A stretch of DNA of 64,000 nucleotides, from positions 125,232 to 189,231 of the IMG/VR virus record IMGVR_UViG_3300044878_000136. One strand, written 5' to 3'. The position numbers and the translations under genes were made by a program. Below the pieces are notes generated by a model. It saw only the letters and a program-made list of their open reading frames with translations. It made no database searches and was not told the DNA's origin. Shown one piece after another: positions 17,658 to 27,107 of this stretch; the stretch's first letter is position 1, and every line of letters starts with the position of its first letter. Source of the stretch: a virus (taxonomy: Duplodnaviria; Heunggongvirae; Uroviricota; Caudoviricetes).

Positions 17658-18080
17658 CTATTTGGCTTTCAGTTGACGCAGGCTGTTCAGGTCATGGATA
17701 TCCTGATCGACCTTGTGTTGTTTACGACGTGGGTGCTTGGACATGCGATCTTTCTGCTCAATCAACGCATCCAGTGTATACATGCCAACACTCTCGACAT
17801 TCATCCAGTCCCGCGGTTTGGACATGCGATGAAGATCGACAAACTCATCCCAGACGATCAAACGATCATTGGGGTCCAGCGCGTTGCGGACTTCGAACTC
17901 ACCCGTCTTTTCCAGACAGTCGAAGACCTCAGCGGGAATATCCAAATCGATATCCGAAGACTTGTCACGTAGGCCCAACATCATACAGGCACCACCAGCA
18001 CTCACTAACGCTTGGTTGATTTGCAGACCGAGCGAGTTGCAGACTTCGTGGTACTTCTTGATGAATTCTACCTTATCCAT
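17658..18080 (-). CDS. minimal nucleotidyltransferase-like protein, paralog 2
   Basis: SAGGACMMLGLRDKSSDIDLDIP has the same motif. It is a tandem paralog of 17219..17635. Confidence 0.5.
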   Translation of the reverse strand: MDKVEFIKKYHEVCNSLGLQINQALVSAGGACMMLGLRDKSSDIDLDIPAEVFDCLEKTGEFEVRNALDPNDRLIVWDEFVDLHRMSKPRDWMNVESVGMYTLDALIEQKDRMSKHPRRKQHKVDQDIHDLNSLRQLKAK

Positions 18081-18144
18081 TACGGGTTCCTTCTAGGGGA
18101 TGGGTTCAAGCCGGTAATGTGTGATTGTAAAAGCCACAGATACG

Positions 18145-18188
18145 AAAAAAGAAAGTGTCGAGGAGGGTTGCCCCTCCTCTATGCTACG
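18145..18188 (-). terminator. intrinsic terminator with TATGCTAC box
   Basis: gaaaaaagaaag then GAGGAGGG-ttgc-CCCTCCTC then TATGCTACG. The stop of 18184..18537 lies inside the box. Confidence 0.6.
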
Positions 18189-18537
18189 CCTTCCTTGCTC
18201 GCCGATTAGTGTTGGTGATGTTGGCTTTCAAGCTATAGCCGGCCACCGCAAACGAGCGGCCATTCAGGTAACCTTTGCAGTCCAGCTTGATCACGTCCAT
18301 CTTGATGACACCTTTGGCAAGGTCAACCGTACCCACCAAACGTCCTGCCGCCCACCGATGATTGATGTCAACCGTGATGATCCCATCCTTGACGGTAGTC
18401 TTCGGGTTGAGGATGGTTTTGAGGTTACGTACTGCTCCCTTGCCTGACTTGAGCTTCTTGGGTCGGACTAGGTGCACATGCGAGACTTGCAGGTTCTGCA
18501 TAAGGTTTCCGTTTGGTGAAGAAGTGGTTGAATACAA
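18184..18537 (-). CDS. hypothetical basic protein, start uncertain
   Basis: ORF. It overlaps 18425..18799 in another frame. Confidence 0.35.
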   Translation of the reverse strand: MYSTTSSPNGNLMQNLQVSHVHLVRPKKLKSGKGAVRNLKTILNPKTTVKDGIITVDINHRWAAGRLVGTVDLAKGVIKMDVIKLDCKGYLNGRSFAVAGYSLKANITNTNRRARKA

Positions 18538-18799
18538 AGACGAACGACATCACACCCAGCCCTGCGCCGATAGCGCCTGGGATGACGTGCAACATCGTAC
18601 CGCCCTTAGCGATCATGAGAACAGCGCTACCTTCACCCAGATAGATAGTCGAACCCACGATACCCATACCGGGATAATGGTTAGCCGCTACGACTTTCTG
18701 CTGGAAGGCACGAGCGCCGATCACAAAGAACACGGTGAAGAAGATTGTGACGTATTCCATCAGATCGTTTTCTCGTTGTGGACGAAGCAACCTTTCCAA
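18425..18799 (-). CDS. membrane protein
   Basis: Hydrophobic segments VTIFFTVFFVIGA and GAIGAGLGVMSFVFVF. Confidence 0.45.
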   Translation of the reverse strand: MERLLRPQRENDLMEYVTIFFTVFFVIGARAFQQKVVAANHYPGMGIVGSTIYLGEGSAVLMIAKGGTMLHVIPGAIGAGLGVMSFVFVFNHFFTKRKPYAEPASLACAPSPTQEAQVRQGSST

Positions 18800-19224
18800 C
18801 GACCGATCTCGTGGATGCGATAGCCTTCTGGCAGTTCAGCGAACACACCGCCAATCGGGACGCCGTCGATGACGCGTTCAGAACGAGGATCGTGCACTCG
18901 TACGTGGGTCTTGCTACCGGCAGTCCTCGACAGGAACCGCATTGGTGTCAGCACGTACTTATCCGTAACGACGAACACAGTCTTACCGAGGTTGGTACGG
19001 ATCAGATCGGTTACCGCTTTGCGATCAGCGCGGAACTGTTGACGCGCACGGTTGATCTCTTCCTGATGTGCATCACTGACCGGCGTGTTGAACTTACGCA
19101 CATGGCGTTCGAGGTCACTGATGTCAGCACCTGCTTCCATAGCGCCAATGCGAGCATAGTGTATCAGCGAGTTGGCAATGCCGCGTTCAATCACGACGAT
19201 TTCAGGATCGTTGTTCCGAATCAT
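18760..19224 (-). CDS. hypothetical protein
   Basis: 154-aa ORF. Confidence 0.5.
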   Translation of the reverse strand: MIRNNDPEIVVIERGIANSLIHYARIGAMEAGADISDLERHVRKFNTPVSDAHQEEINRARQQFRADRKAVTDLIRTNLGKTVFVVTDKYVLTPMRFLSRTAGSKTHVRVHDPRSERVIDGVPIGGVFAELPEGYRIHEIGRWKGCFVHNEKTI

Positions 19225-19586
19225 TCAATCTGTCCCCCACGGACTGGATGTCCTTTATACAGGTAATCGAGCAACGCCCTAGCACCAACGGCGTGTTGAT
19301 CGAAATCAAACGCCACACGGCTCGCGCTATCATTGGCATTGTTGTTGGGTTGGAAATCCGGGTACTCACCGTAGACGATGATGAACCCATCAGTAACCGG
19401 GTGGTTCAGTACGCTAGCCTTGCGGGTAGGAAACCCATGACCCATCGTGAAGTGCAGACCGGTGGTTTTGTTACCGCTAACACCAGCGACAGAGATGTCG
19501 AAATCGTCATCGTCCATCATCAGCTGCGCGAGGTGTAGAATAGCTTCGGCGTGATCCAGACCGGGTTGTTTGATCATACGTCCCAT
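19221..19586 (-). CDS. hypothetical protein
   Basis: I moved the start to ATG 19586 (MGRMIKQ...), which has GGAGGG upstream. The longer track ORF runs through the terminator hairpin. Confidence 0.45.
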   Translation of the reverse strand: MGRMIKQPGLDHAEAILHLAQLMMDDDDFDISVAGVSGNKTTGLHFTMGHGFPTRKASVLNHPVTDGFIIVYGEYPDFQPNNNANDSASRVAFDFDQHAVGARALLDYLYKGHPVRGGQIE

Positions 19587-19596
19587 GATACCCTCC

Positions 19597-19641
19597 AAAA
19601 GATAAGAAGCAGATGCGGAGCCTAGCTCCGCATCTATGCCG
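19597..19641 (-). terminator. intrinsic terminator, near-identical copy of 4513-4547
   Basis: aaaagataagaag then CAGATGCGGAGC-ctag-CTCCGCATCTATGCCGTCA. The stop of 19642..20676 lies in the box. Confidence 0.6.
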
Positions 19642-20676
19642 TCAGTTGAGTGTTTCGCCATTGGCGGTGAGTGGGAACATCGGTTGAGGGAAAGAAGTGG
19701 CGTCGTAGCCTTCTTCATCCGGCAACACGTTGTTTCCATCCGGCACCAGGATCTGGATGATGCGGTGGCTGTTGTAAACCGGATCAGGGCAGAAGCCAGC
19801 CTTATGCGCTTCCCAGCCATTGGCTTCGATAGCCTTCAGACGCAGAGGACGACCATCGGACAGTTTGCCGCACTGCTCATTGATCTGCAACGGATCGAAG
19901 TCTTCGTCCTGAGAAGCCAGGGTGATGAAGTTATCAACGAACACTGCCAGCGTACGGCACGACAGACCACGCATGACAGCGAATGCATCCCAGCTGACCT
20001 TCTCGTCACCGTTCTCGCTATAAGCGAAGTCGTGATCGTTTTCAGCCGTTGGGAAGACAGCGCGGACGGTGTAACCTTGTTTCGCCATGGTCGCCTCATC
20101 CATCGCCTTGATTCTTGCGAAGTTGATTGCGCGCACGCAGTCGACAAGGAACTCCTTATCGAGGTTGCCGACATCCTGCGCCATCTTGATGAACTGGCGG
20201 ATTTCGGTGCCTTGTTGCGAGAACGCCAGATTAGACGCGAGGGTCAGGATCTGTGGATCGTTCAGGCCGAGCTCCTTGGCATTAGGTACCAAGGTAGCGA
20301 ATTCTTTCAGGTCTTCGATAGAGACCAGGTTGGTGAACTCTTCGAACGTCAGAGTCAGTTGTTTTGCAGCGTCGTAGCTTTCCCAGAGCTTACCGGCAGC
20401 TGCCAACTCTGCGGCGAGTTCTGGTTTACCTTCGACTTCAGCCGGGTAGCTCTTGGCCAGTTCGCAGTTTGCGAGGAAGTCGCAGAAGTCGAGACCGGAT
20501 TCTTCGGTGTAGCCGTCATCCAGGTTGTACGCGTTGAACGCAGCCCAGAAGTTGAAGTCTGCGAGGGCGGTAAACCCTACGCCAATAAAAGTAAAGACTT
20601 CACCAGTCTTGATGTTACCAATAACCAATTCTTCATGAACGTCAGTGCACATATTTCCCACTCCGGTTTTAGACAA
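19642..20676 (-). CDS. hypothetical protein
   Basis: 344-aa ORF. The long antisense + ORF is rejected. Confidence 0.55.
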   Translation of the reverse strand: MSKTGVGNMCTDVHEELVIGNIKTGEVFTFIGVGFTALADFNFWAAFNAYNLDDGYTEESGLDFCDFLANCELAKSYPAEVEGKPELAAELAAAGKLWESYDAAKQLTLTFEEFTNLVSIEDLKEFATLVPNAKELGLNDPQILTLASNLAFSQQGTEIRQFIKMAQDVGNLDKEFLVDCVRAINFARIKAMDEATMAKQGYTVRAVFPTAENDHDFAYSENGDEKVSWDAFAVMRGLSCRTLAVFVDNFITLASQDEDFDPLQINEQCGKLSDGRPLRLKAIEANGWEAHKAGFCPDPVYNSHRIIQILVPDGNNVLPDEEGYDATSFPQPMFPLTANGETLN

Positions 20677-20689
20677 TGCCCATCACTGT

Positions 20690-20730
20690 CTATTAATAGA
20701 GGCTGGTGGGTTTTACCCCACCAGCAGTAT
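20690..20730 (-). terminator. stem-loop CTGGTGGG-tttta-CCCCACCAG with ATAGAGG flank
   Basis: It lies between 19642..20676 and 20737..22347, after the stop of the latter on the minus strand. Confidence 0.4.
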
Positions 20731-20736
20731 TGCGTG

Positions 20737-22347
20737 TTACTCGAGACGGTCGATGACGTAGTTGGTCAGACCGAACTCGGTGCGGACCTGCACACGACGA
20801 GGAACGGCAGTGCTGAGACCTACCGCCTGATCAAGGGTGGTGGTGTCCATGTTACCTTTCAGCGAGTACGCTTGGATCACGCGTTCAGCCACAGTCAGCT
20901 CTGGACGGAGCAGTTCTGCGAAGAGTGCCAGACCGCAGGATTCGCGAGGATCGCGCAGACCTTTGACCAGCAGGATATCCAGATCGTACTTCTTACCGCG
21001 TTCGCCACCCGTCCAAACAGCAGGCGGGGTAGTGATGCCGACGACGTCCAGCAGTTGATCGACGTACAGGCCGAGGTGACGGCATGGCTGTGGATCATTG
21101 GTGGTGTGCCAGGCGTAGGGGTTACGGTTGTCTGCCAGGTCGTAGAACCACAGGCGGCCAGCGTCAGGGTTCTTCGGAGCCGAGAAGAAGACATACTTCT
21201 CTGCGATCAGCGCGAAGGTCTTGAGTTCCAGGGCGGTTGGCAGGATCTTCTCCTTGAACTTCTCCCAGGTCATGCGACCACCATCAGCCACCGTCTGCGC
21301 TACCTGAGGCTTCTCAGTCGCCTGCTTGGTAACCAGGTCACCGAACAGAGGCACTTCCTTTGCAGGAGCTTCTGGAGCGGCTGGTGGCGTCCACACGGTC
21401 TGACGGATCTCGTCGAGGGAAGCCAGACGGCGTTCCATGTCACCAGCACCCAGACCCAGTTCAGCGAACAGCTTCTGCGCTACCTGCACGTTGCCTTCGG
21501 TAGGTGGCGCTTCTTTCTGACGATAGAACTCTGGATCAACACGCAGGATGAAAGTACGCAGAACCGCTTCAGGAGTTCTGCCATCGGCGATGCCGTCCAG
21601 CAGGATGTTACCTTCGACGTTGTTGGTGATCTCAGCGAAGGATGGAGCAACCATCGCCACTTCACGACGCACCAGGTTACGGATCTGCCCGACGTTCTTG
21701 CCATCGAGACCTTTCACGAAACCGTACAGCCATTCCAGCTGAGGCAACCAACGTTCCATCGCCTTACCGGCCGACTTGAGTTGGTTGATCGCAGCACCCA
21801 CGATTTCCGGCGTGTAGCGCTGAGTAGCTTTCAGCAGCAGGTCGAACGAGGTGTTCGCCTTACCGCGGATAGTACCGATCAAGTGGAACGGTGCGACGTA
21901 CTTCGGCAGCGACTGGACTTGGTAGTGAGTCCAGCCATCAGTCTCACCCGTGCCCCAGGTGTCGTGTTCAACCACCTGGATTTCCGAGATACCCGAACGC
22001 AGCACCAGGTTGTGGATCGCAGTGACCGACGCCTTGTACTCTTCCGGAGTGTTCTCAGGATCCCACAGCGCGGAGACCAGTTCGCCTTCAGGGGTGACGA
22101 ACACCATGTGGCCAAAGCGCTCGAAGAACGTACGGCAGCTCGAGCAGTTGTGGTGCTGTTGCTGTTCTTCCGGGAACGCTTTACGGTAGACCGTAGACAG
22201 ACCCTTGGACTTGGTGACGAAGAGGCCTGGACCGTAGGCTTCCATACGTTCGGCAAAGGTCTTCTGGACCAAGGCACGCAGTTGGTCGAAAGATGCGCCA
22301 GATTTGGTTTCTGCTACAGCGCCTTGGGTCAGTTGTTCGTTGCTCAT
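20737..22347 (-). CDS. hypothetical protein, 536 aa
   Basis: Large ORF with typical composition and a Cys cluster HHNCSSCRTF. No family recognised. Confidence 0.6.
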   Translation of the reverse strand: MSNEQLTQGAVAETKSGASFDQLRALVQKTFAERMEAYGPGLFVTKSKGLSTVYRKAFPEEQQQHHNCSSCRTFFERFGHMVFVTPEGELVSALWDPENTPEEYKASVTAIHNLVLRSGISEIQVVEHDTWGTGETDGWTHYQVQSLPKYVAPFHLIGTIRGKANTSFDLLLKATQRYTPEIVGAAINQLKSAGKAMERWLPQLEWLYGFVKGLDGKNVGQIRNLVRREVAMVAPSFAEITNNVEGNILLDGIADGRTPEAVLRTFILRVDPEFYRQKEAPPTEGNVQVAQKLFAELGLGAGDMERRLASLDEIRQTVWTPPAAPEAPAKEVPLFGDLVTKQATEKPQVAQTVADGGRMTWEKFKEKILPTALELKTFALIAEKYVFFSAPKNPDAGRLWFYDLADNRNPYAWHTTNDPQPCRHLGLYVDQLLDVVGITTPPAVWTGGERGKKYDLDILLVKGLRDPRESCGLALFAELLRPELTVAERVIQAYSLKGNMDTTTLDQAVGLSTAVPRRVQVRTEFGLTNYVIDRLE

Positions 22348-22380
22348 ACTTCTTCCTTAATCACAAACGCGGGTTGTTAT

Positions 22381-22608
22381 TTAGTTTGGGAAACGTACAG
22401 TCATGCCGGGAATGTCAATAAACGTCACGATGTACGCTACGCAATCCCGGAAACGGTTAGAAGGAATGGGCTGGACTTCAATCTGCCAACCCATGTCGTG
22501 CAACGCGCACATTGTTGCGGCGTCAGGATAACCGACCATCACTACGGTCAGGAATTGACGACCAGTCTGCTTAGAGACTACGTGACGTTCTACGTGGAGA
22601 CCGCTCAT
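22381..22608 (-). CDS. small hypothetical protein
   Basis: ORF. Its start overlaps the stop of the upstream gene (ATGA). Confidence 0.35.
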   Translation of the reverse strand: MSGLHVERHVVSKQTGRQFLTVVMVGYPDAATMCALHDMGWQIEVQPIPSNRFRDCVAYIVTFIDIPGMTVRFPN

Positions 22609-23294
22609 TCATTCACCGGTGCCGGACGAGTGTGGGGAATACCCTCTTCTTCCAGCAGGGCGATAATCGACTCGGCGTAGTCCAGTGTGAGGATAGGTCG
22701 CAGCGTCGCCGTGTAGTTCTTCGCCTGAGCCAACAACCGACGACGTTCTTCGAGACTGTAGTTGTTCTCGAGGTCTGCGTCATGCTCAGCCACACGTTGG
22801 TCGGCCTGCGCCTTGTCTTCAGCCGCCTTGGCGAGTTCTTCAGCAGTGGGCGGTGGTTTAGCCGCTTCAACAGCTGCGACACGCACCACTTCGGCTGCAT
22901 CGGTTTCTTTGGCCAACGCTTCCACGGTGACCTTGAACTCGTTGATGAATTGAGCAGCTTCCTCACTGTCCAACGCACGACTGACGTAAGTACCGCGGCC
23001 GAAACGTTTGTAGTAGGTGAAGACCACATCACGCCAGACCATCACGAACTCATCGTCACCCATGTGGCGGGCTTCGAAGAGATCGCAAACAAATTGGTTG
23101 CCATGCTTGGGCCACAGTGGGTCTTTGTCATGGTCGAAGTTCTGGGCGATCCACTTACGCAGGCCGTCCATCTGTTCATCGATCCATTTACCCGTATCGG
23201 TTTCGATCAGGTAAACCGAATGGCCAGCTTCCGCAGCTTCGTCCGGATCTTTGAATTTCACAAACAGTGATACATCTTTAGTGGCGTTATTCAT
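22605..23294 (-). CDS. hypothetical protein
   Basis: 229-aa ORF with an Ala/Glu-rich C-terminal half. Confidence 0.5.
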   Translation of the reverse strand: MNNATKDVSLFVKFKDPDEAAEAGHSVYLIETDTGKWIDEQMDGLRKWIAQNFDHDKDPLWPKHGNQFVCDLFEARHMGDDEFVMVWRDVVFTYYKRFGRGTYVSRALDSEEAAQFINEFKVTVEALAKETDAAEVVRVAAVEAAKPPPTAEELAKAAEDKAQADQRVAEHDADLENNYSLEERRRLLAQAKNYTATLRPILTLDYAESIIALLEEEGIPHTRPAPVNE

Positions 23295-23346
23295 GGGGGC
23301 ATATTCCGTCTACGTTAGACATGTGATGATGACGTTCTGTGAGATT

Positions 23347-23943
23347 TTACATCTTACGGAAAATCGACCTGAGTTGGGTTGGGTTGAACACGCAATACTC
23401 GGGGAAATCGGCTGAGCCGTAACCATTACCGCGATGGATAGCGCCGTCGTAACCACGCTCGATCAGCTTTTCCACTTCTTCGGTATCCGCAAAGAACGGA
23501 TAGGCTTGGAAGTAGAGTTTGCTGAGTTGTCCGTCTTTGCAACGGAGGTAGTGGTCCACGTCTTTATAGTAGCCGACACGGTTGATCTTCTGTTTCCAGT
23601 TATCCGTGGCTTCAATCCAGCTGGCGAACTTGCGGGCAATCCGCATAGCTTCCAACAACCCCAATCGAGCCGCCACATCGGACAGCTCGAGGAAGGGATC
23701 GTTGGGCTGGTTGACGAAAGGTTTCTTCATGCTGATGCGCAGCGGGTAGATCCGAGCAGTATCCTCGAGTCCAGCCTTAGTCTGCGTGGGATCCGCATAA
23801 CGGTTGGCGACTTCTATACATGCAACATAGAAGGCGCGAGTCTTCGACCGTAGATGGTTCGTATCAGGATGAGAAACCTCACCCCGATAGAACACACCAG
23901 ACAGGTCAGGAAGAGATGGTCGTTCGACAATCCCTCTGGCCAT
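23347..23943 (-). CDS. hypothetical protein
   Basis: 198-aa ORF. Confidence 0.5.
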   Translation of the reverse strand: MARGIVERPSLPDLSGVFYRGEVSHPDTNHLRSKTRAFYVACIEVANRYADPTQTKAGLEDTARIYPLRISMKKPFVNQPNDPFLELSDVAARLGLLEAMRIARKFASWIEATDNWKQKINRVGYYKDVDHYLRCKDGQLSKLYFQAYPFFADTEEVEKLIERGYDGAIHRGNGYGSADFPEYCVFNPTQLRSIFRKM

Positions 23944-23945
23944 GT

Positions 23946-24218
23946 TTACTTCTCCTTATGGCTCTTGCCGACGAGTTCGGCTCGGTTCCAGCACAGGCGG
24001 TATGCCTGATTAACACCCGCGTCGGTCAACCCTTGAGTTGTGACCGTTACAATGCAACTACGCATGGTCTCAACGATGACCGAATCAGTTCCTTTATCAA
24101 CGGGAGCTACCTTTACCGCTTCACTTGCACGGGTCATTTTCAGAACCCCAACAATTGTTGCGAACGAGGCTACTACCGCAACTGCCAACACTGCACTAAC
24201 AAGGAACTTCTTTTTCAC
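23946..24218 (-). CDS. small secreted protein
   Basis: Signal peptide MKKKFLVSAVLAVAVVASFA. Confidence 0.45.
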   Translation of the reverse strand: MKKKFLVSAVLAVAVVASFATIVGVLKMTRASEAVKVAPVDKGTDSVIVETMRSCIVTVTTQGLTDAGVNQAYRLCWNRAELVGKSHKEK

Positions 24219-24228
24219 GTACTTCTAC

Positions 24229-25122
24229 TCACGGTTTGGATTTGGAAAGGATGGCTGTGTAATAGACGCTGGTACCGATGAAGCGCTTTTCGATCTCCCA
24301 CTCAATCGTACGAGATCCGTAGTCGAACTGCACCATGCCTATATCTTTGCCATCGTATTTCAAACGATACTGAAGTTGATCGATGTCAGCTTCGACATGG
24401 ACCAACTCGAACGATTGCGGACGCTCATCCTTCCACCGACCTTCACGGCTGGCGAAGCTGATGTCCTTGATACCCGTCACGTAAGTCTGGGTAGACTGGT
24501 TAACACCGGCCTGGAGGTTGACACGCCCACCACCGTAACCCATGACGAAGTGCGACTTCTCGGTGACTTCGTCTTTAGCGACGTTGCCATCTTCGGTCAT
24601 ACCGCGTTCTTTGAGCAGGTAGTTCTTGCCGACCTTGAATAGGTGTTCCAGCGCACAAGCGCAGGCCGAGGACAGGGTGTAGTTCTTACCGACGAAGTTC
24701 TCGGTCGGAGCGGCGGAGTTGATGCTCCAGTACCAGCTATTTTCACTCTCGCAGAAGGTGATCTCGTGACCGACCTGGAGTACTCCGCACAACCAGTGGA
24801 TCTCGAGGTAGGCTGCGATGTACGCCGGATCCGCCGGGTGGTTGAAGTTGGGGAGATGTACTTCATCGTCCTTCAACCACTGAGGGAAGTGGTCACCGCC
24901 AAGAGGTTGCCAACGAATGAGGTCGTTGATTGCACGCTGCTTGGCTTCACTGATGTCAGCAAACTCCCACTGATCAATACCAGGGATGTAGTGGGTGATG
25001 TTAATGACTCGACCTTTCGGCTGGAAGTCACCATGGGTGGACTTGATCAGGAGGTTGATCTTGTCCCAGGTTTCCACATTGGTTTCCGGCAGCTTAGCCA
25101 GACGGTTTGCGAAATCACTCAT
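24229..25122 (-). CDS. hypothetical protein
   Basis: I moved the start to ATG 25122 (MSDFANRL...), which has TGAGG upstream. This abuts the stop of 25124..25855. Confidence 0.5.
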   Translation of the reverse strand: MSDFANRLAKLPETNVETWDKINLLIKSTHGDFQPKGRVINITHYIPGIDQWEFADISEAKQRAINDLIRWQPLGGDHFPQWLKDDEVHLPNFNHPADPAYIAAYLEIHWLCGVLQVGHEITFCESENSWYWSINSAAPTENFVGKNYTLSSACACALEHLFKVGKNYLLKERGMTEDGNVAKDEVTEKSHFVMGYGGGRVNLQAGVNQSTQTYVTGIKDISFASREGRWKDERPQSFELVHVEADIDQLQYRLKYDGKDIGMVQFDYGSRTIEWEIEKRFIGTSVYYTAILSKSKP

Positions 25123-25123
25123 G

Positions 25124-25855
25124 TTAAACCTCAGTAAGTTTGTAGGAAGAGTTGACGATCTCACGACTGATCGGGATAGCGCCACGACACTTGCTGGCCA
25201 CGATCGAGCACGTCAGCGCTTCTTCTTCAGGATCGTACACAGCGGGGGCACAGACGAACGCGATGTCGAACTCCATGGTGACGTTGCGCTGGCGCTCATA
25301 ACCACCTACAGCGACCTTTGGCAACCATTCGTCTGCGTCAGGGTCCATACGCCACAGTTGACCAGCCGTGTAGCACATGGGACTACTGGTGACGAACAGT
25401 ACGCCTGCTGGTGACAGCGCGCTGCGCATCTTGCGGATCTGCTCACGGGTGCCGTGATATCGATCGGAAGCACTGTCTTCGATGATCAGGTAACGGCAGG
25501 TGCGTGTACCGTCTTCCAGATCTGCCAGTATGTCCAGAATCTCTTCCGGATCAAACGTGTGGTAGGTCTTGACAATGACTTCCACTGCCGGTGCCACGTT
25601 GTGGCGGGCGTACGCTTTCAACTTGGCCTCGGTCTGCATCGAGCGCGTCAGATAGACCACCAAGGTGTTATCCTCGTAGTCTTCATCCGGTGGCGTACTC
25701 ACAGCCGATTTGAACAGTTGCTGCATAGGCCAGTTGTAATCGGTACCCATCAACCCTTGGACGAGCACAGCCTCCCCAGCAAAGAACTGGGGACGGTGAG
25801 TCAAGGTGAGGGCCAGATGACATTGACCCAGAATCATTTCTTGACGATGAGTCAT
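25124..25855 (-). CDS. hypothetical protein
   Basis: 243-aa ORF. Confidence 0.5.
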   Translation of the reverse strand: MTHRQEMILGQCHLALTLTHRPQFFAGEAVLVQGLMGTDYNWPMQQLFKSAVSTPPDEDYEDNTLVVYLTRSMQTEAKLKAYARHNVAPAVEVIVKTYHTFDPEEILDILADLEDGTRTCRYLIIEDSASDRYHGTREQIRKMRSALSPAGVLFVTSSPMCYTAGQLWRMDPDADEWLPKVAVGGYERQRNVTMEFDIAFVCAPAVYDPEEEALTCSIVASKCRGAIPISREIVNSSYKLTEV

Positions 25856-25857
25856 GG

Positions 25858-26070
25858 TTATTCCTTACCTTTGAAAGACTTGAGGGCTTTGTCGATGCCG
25901 AGGATGAGGGCACCAGCAATCGTCAGTGGCCAGGCCACCACCAGCTCGTAGGGTTTCTTGAGCAGGCGATCTTTGACATCCATATCGAGGGTGAGGATAA
26001 ACGTCCACCCACCGAAGATGACGACGCCAGCGATGTAGATCTTGATCAGGAGCCAGATGAATTGCAGCAT
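25858..26070 (-). CDS. small membrane protein
   Basis: Two hydrophobic helices. Confidence 0.45.
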   Translation of the reverse strand: MLQFIWLLIKIYIAGVVIFGGWTFILTLDMDVKDRLLKKPYELVVAWPLTIAGALILGIDKALKSFKGKE

Positions 26071-26071
26071 G

Positions 26072-26362
26072 TCAGTACCCTCGTCTGTTGAAACGTTTGT
26101 CGATCCAGGAATCTAGCCTGGTCGATATGCGGAATGCTGGATAACCGAGAGTGATGCAGAACACCCACCACCCCCAGTTACGATAGTCTTGTACGATAAA
26201 GCCGTGCGCCAACATCACGAGGCCGACAATGATCGGCGCTGCGATGAGACCACCGACTAGAAGGAACTGAATCATTTCCTTCAGACCACCTAGCAGGAGC
26301 AGGCCGAACTTCTTCAGTGCAGCCAATTCCTCAGCAACGATATTTGTCAGCTTCTCGTTCAT
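26072..26362 (-). CDS. small membrane protein
   Basis: Hydrophobic helices. Confidence 0.45.
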   Translation of the reverse strand: MNEKLTNIVAEELAALKKFGLLLLGGLKEMIQFLLVGGLIAAPIIVGLVMLAHGFIVQDYRNWGWWVFCITLGYPAFRISTRLDSWIDKRFNRRGY

Positions 26363-26724
26363 GGTTGTGCTTTACTCATCTTGGTAGCGAGTTTGAGGAG
26401 GTCACGTAGTTCCTTGAACTCCCGGTAGCGACTCAGCTTGTGGTCCATCACTTCGACGTAGTGGTAGATGAAAGCGTTCGCCTCAGATTCGTACTGATAT
26501 TCGTAGCGCTTCCAGTTCCAACGCCACAGAGCAACAGCCCAGTGCGATGTGTACCAGCCGAAGATGGTGGACATTATGGCGTAATAGAAGAAGGCGGTGC
26601 CCATGTTGTTGGGTAATGAGGAGCGCGTGATCTCGTTCCACCAGAGGATGGTCGTGAAATAAATCGCGAGGTACACGATGGCGAGCAGGACGTTAGTCCA
26701 GAGAAACTTCTTTTTACCTAACAT
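26359..26724 (-). CDS. membrane protein
   Basis: I moved the start to ATG 26724 (MLGKKKFLW...), which has TAAGGAA upstream. This removes the overlap with 26735.. gene. Confidence 0.45.
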   Translation of the reverse strand: MLGKKKFLWTNVLLAIVYLAIYFTTILWWNEITRSSLPNNMGTAFFYYAIMSTIFGWYTSHWAVALWRWNWKRYEYQYESEANAFIYHYVEVMDHKLSRYREFKELRDLLKLATKMSKAQP

Positions 26725-26734
26725 GGTGACTTCC

Positions 26735-27100
26735 TTATATCCCGTGCAGAGCCGGTACGGGTGACTTGTGTTCCACACGCAGAGCGACGCGTGCGTATTG
26801 CACTTCACTGTGTTTAGTGAAAGTGTACGTTTTATCCACGGCATTTACGACGAGTGTCATAAGCAACCGATTGCCAGACTTATAGCCGGGCAGGTTCGGT
26901 ACGTAGAATTCAAGGTGGAGTGGGTTACCGTTAACGCGATGTATGAAGGCATGGCCGGAGAACAGATCCCGCGGAGTAAGCCCGCCGAGAGTGATGTCCC
27001 CAATCTCACCATCGAAAGGGAACGGACCGGTACCTTCTTTGATTTCCATGCAGATCCATTCTGCACAGACTACATTCTTTTTGGCGTTATTGTTGTTCAT
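26735..27100 (-). CDS. hypothetical protein
   Basis: ORF. The start is uncertain (27100 or 27118). Confidence 0.4.
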   Translation of the reverse strand: MNNNNAKKNVVCAEWICMEIKEGTGPFPFDGEIGDITLGGLTPRDLFSGHAFIHRVNGNPLHLEFYVPNLPGYKSGNRLLMTLVVNAVDKTYTFTKHSEVQYARVALRVEHKSPVPALHGI

Positions 27101-27107
27101 GCGGATC

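Noticed and set aside
20737-22347. Assigning the 536-aa protein as primase, Zn-finger polymerase or structural protein
   Set aside because: Only a single CxxC-containing stretch (HHNCSSCRTF) was seen. No catalytic motifs were recognisable, so it is left as hypothetical.
19636-22680. 1014-aa plus-strand ORF
   Set aside because: It is antisense to the well-formed minus genes 19642..20676 and 20737..22347. It is R/H/L/V-rich with no start context. This is a typical shadow ORF in GC-rich DNA.
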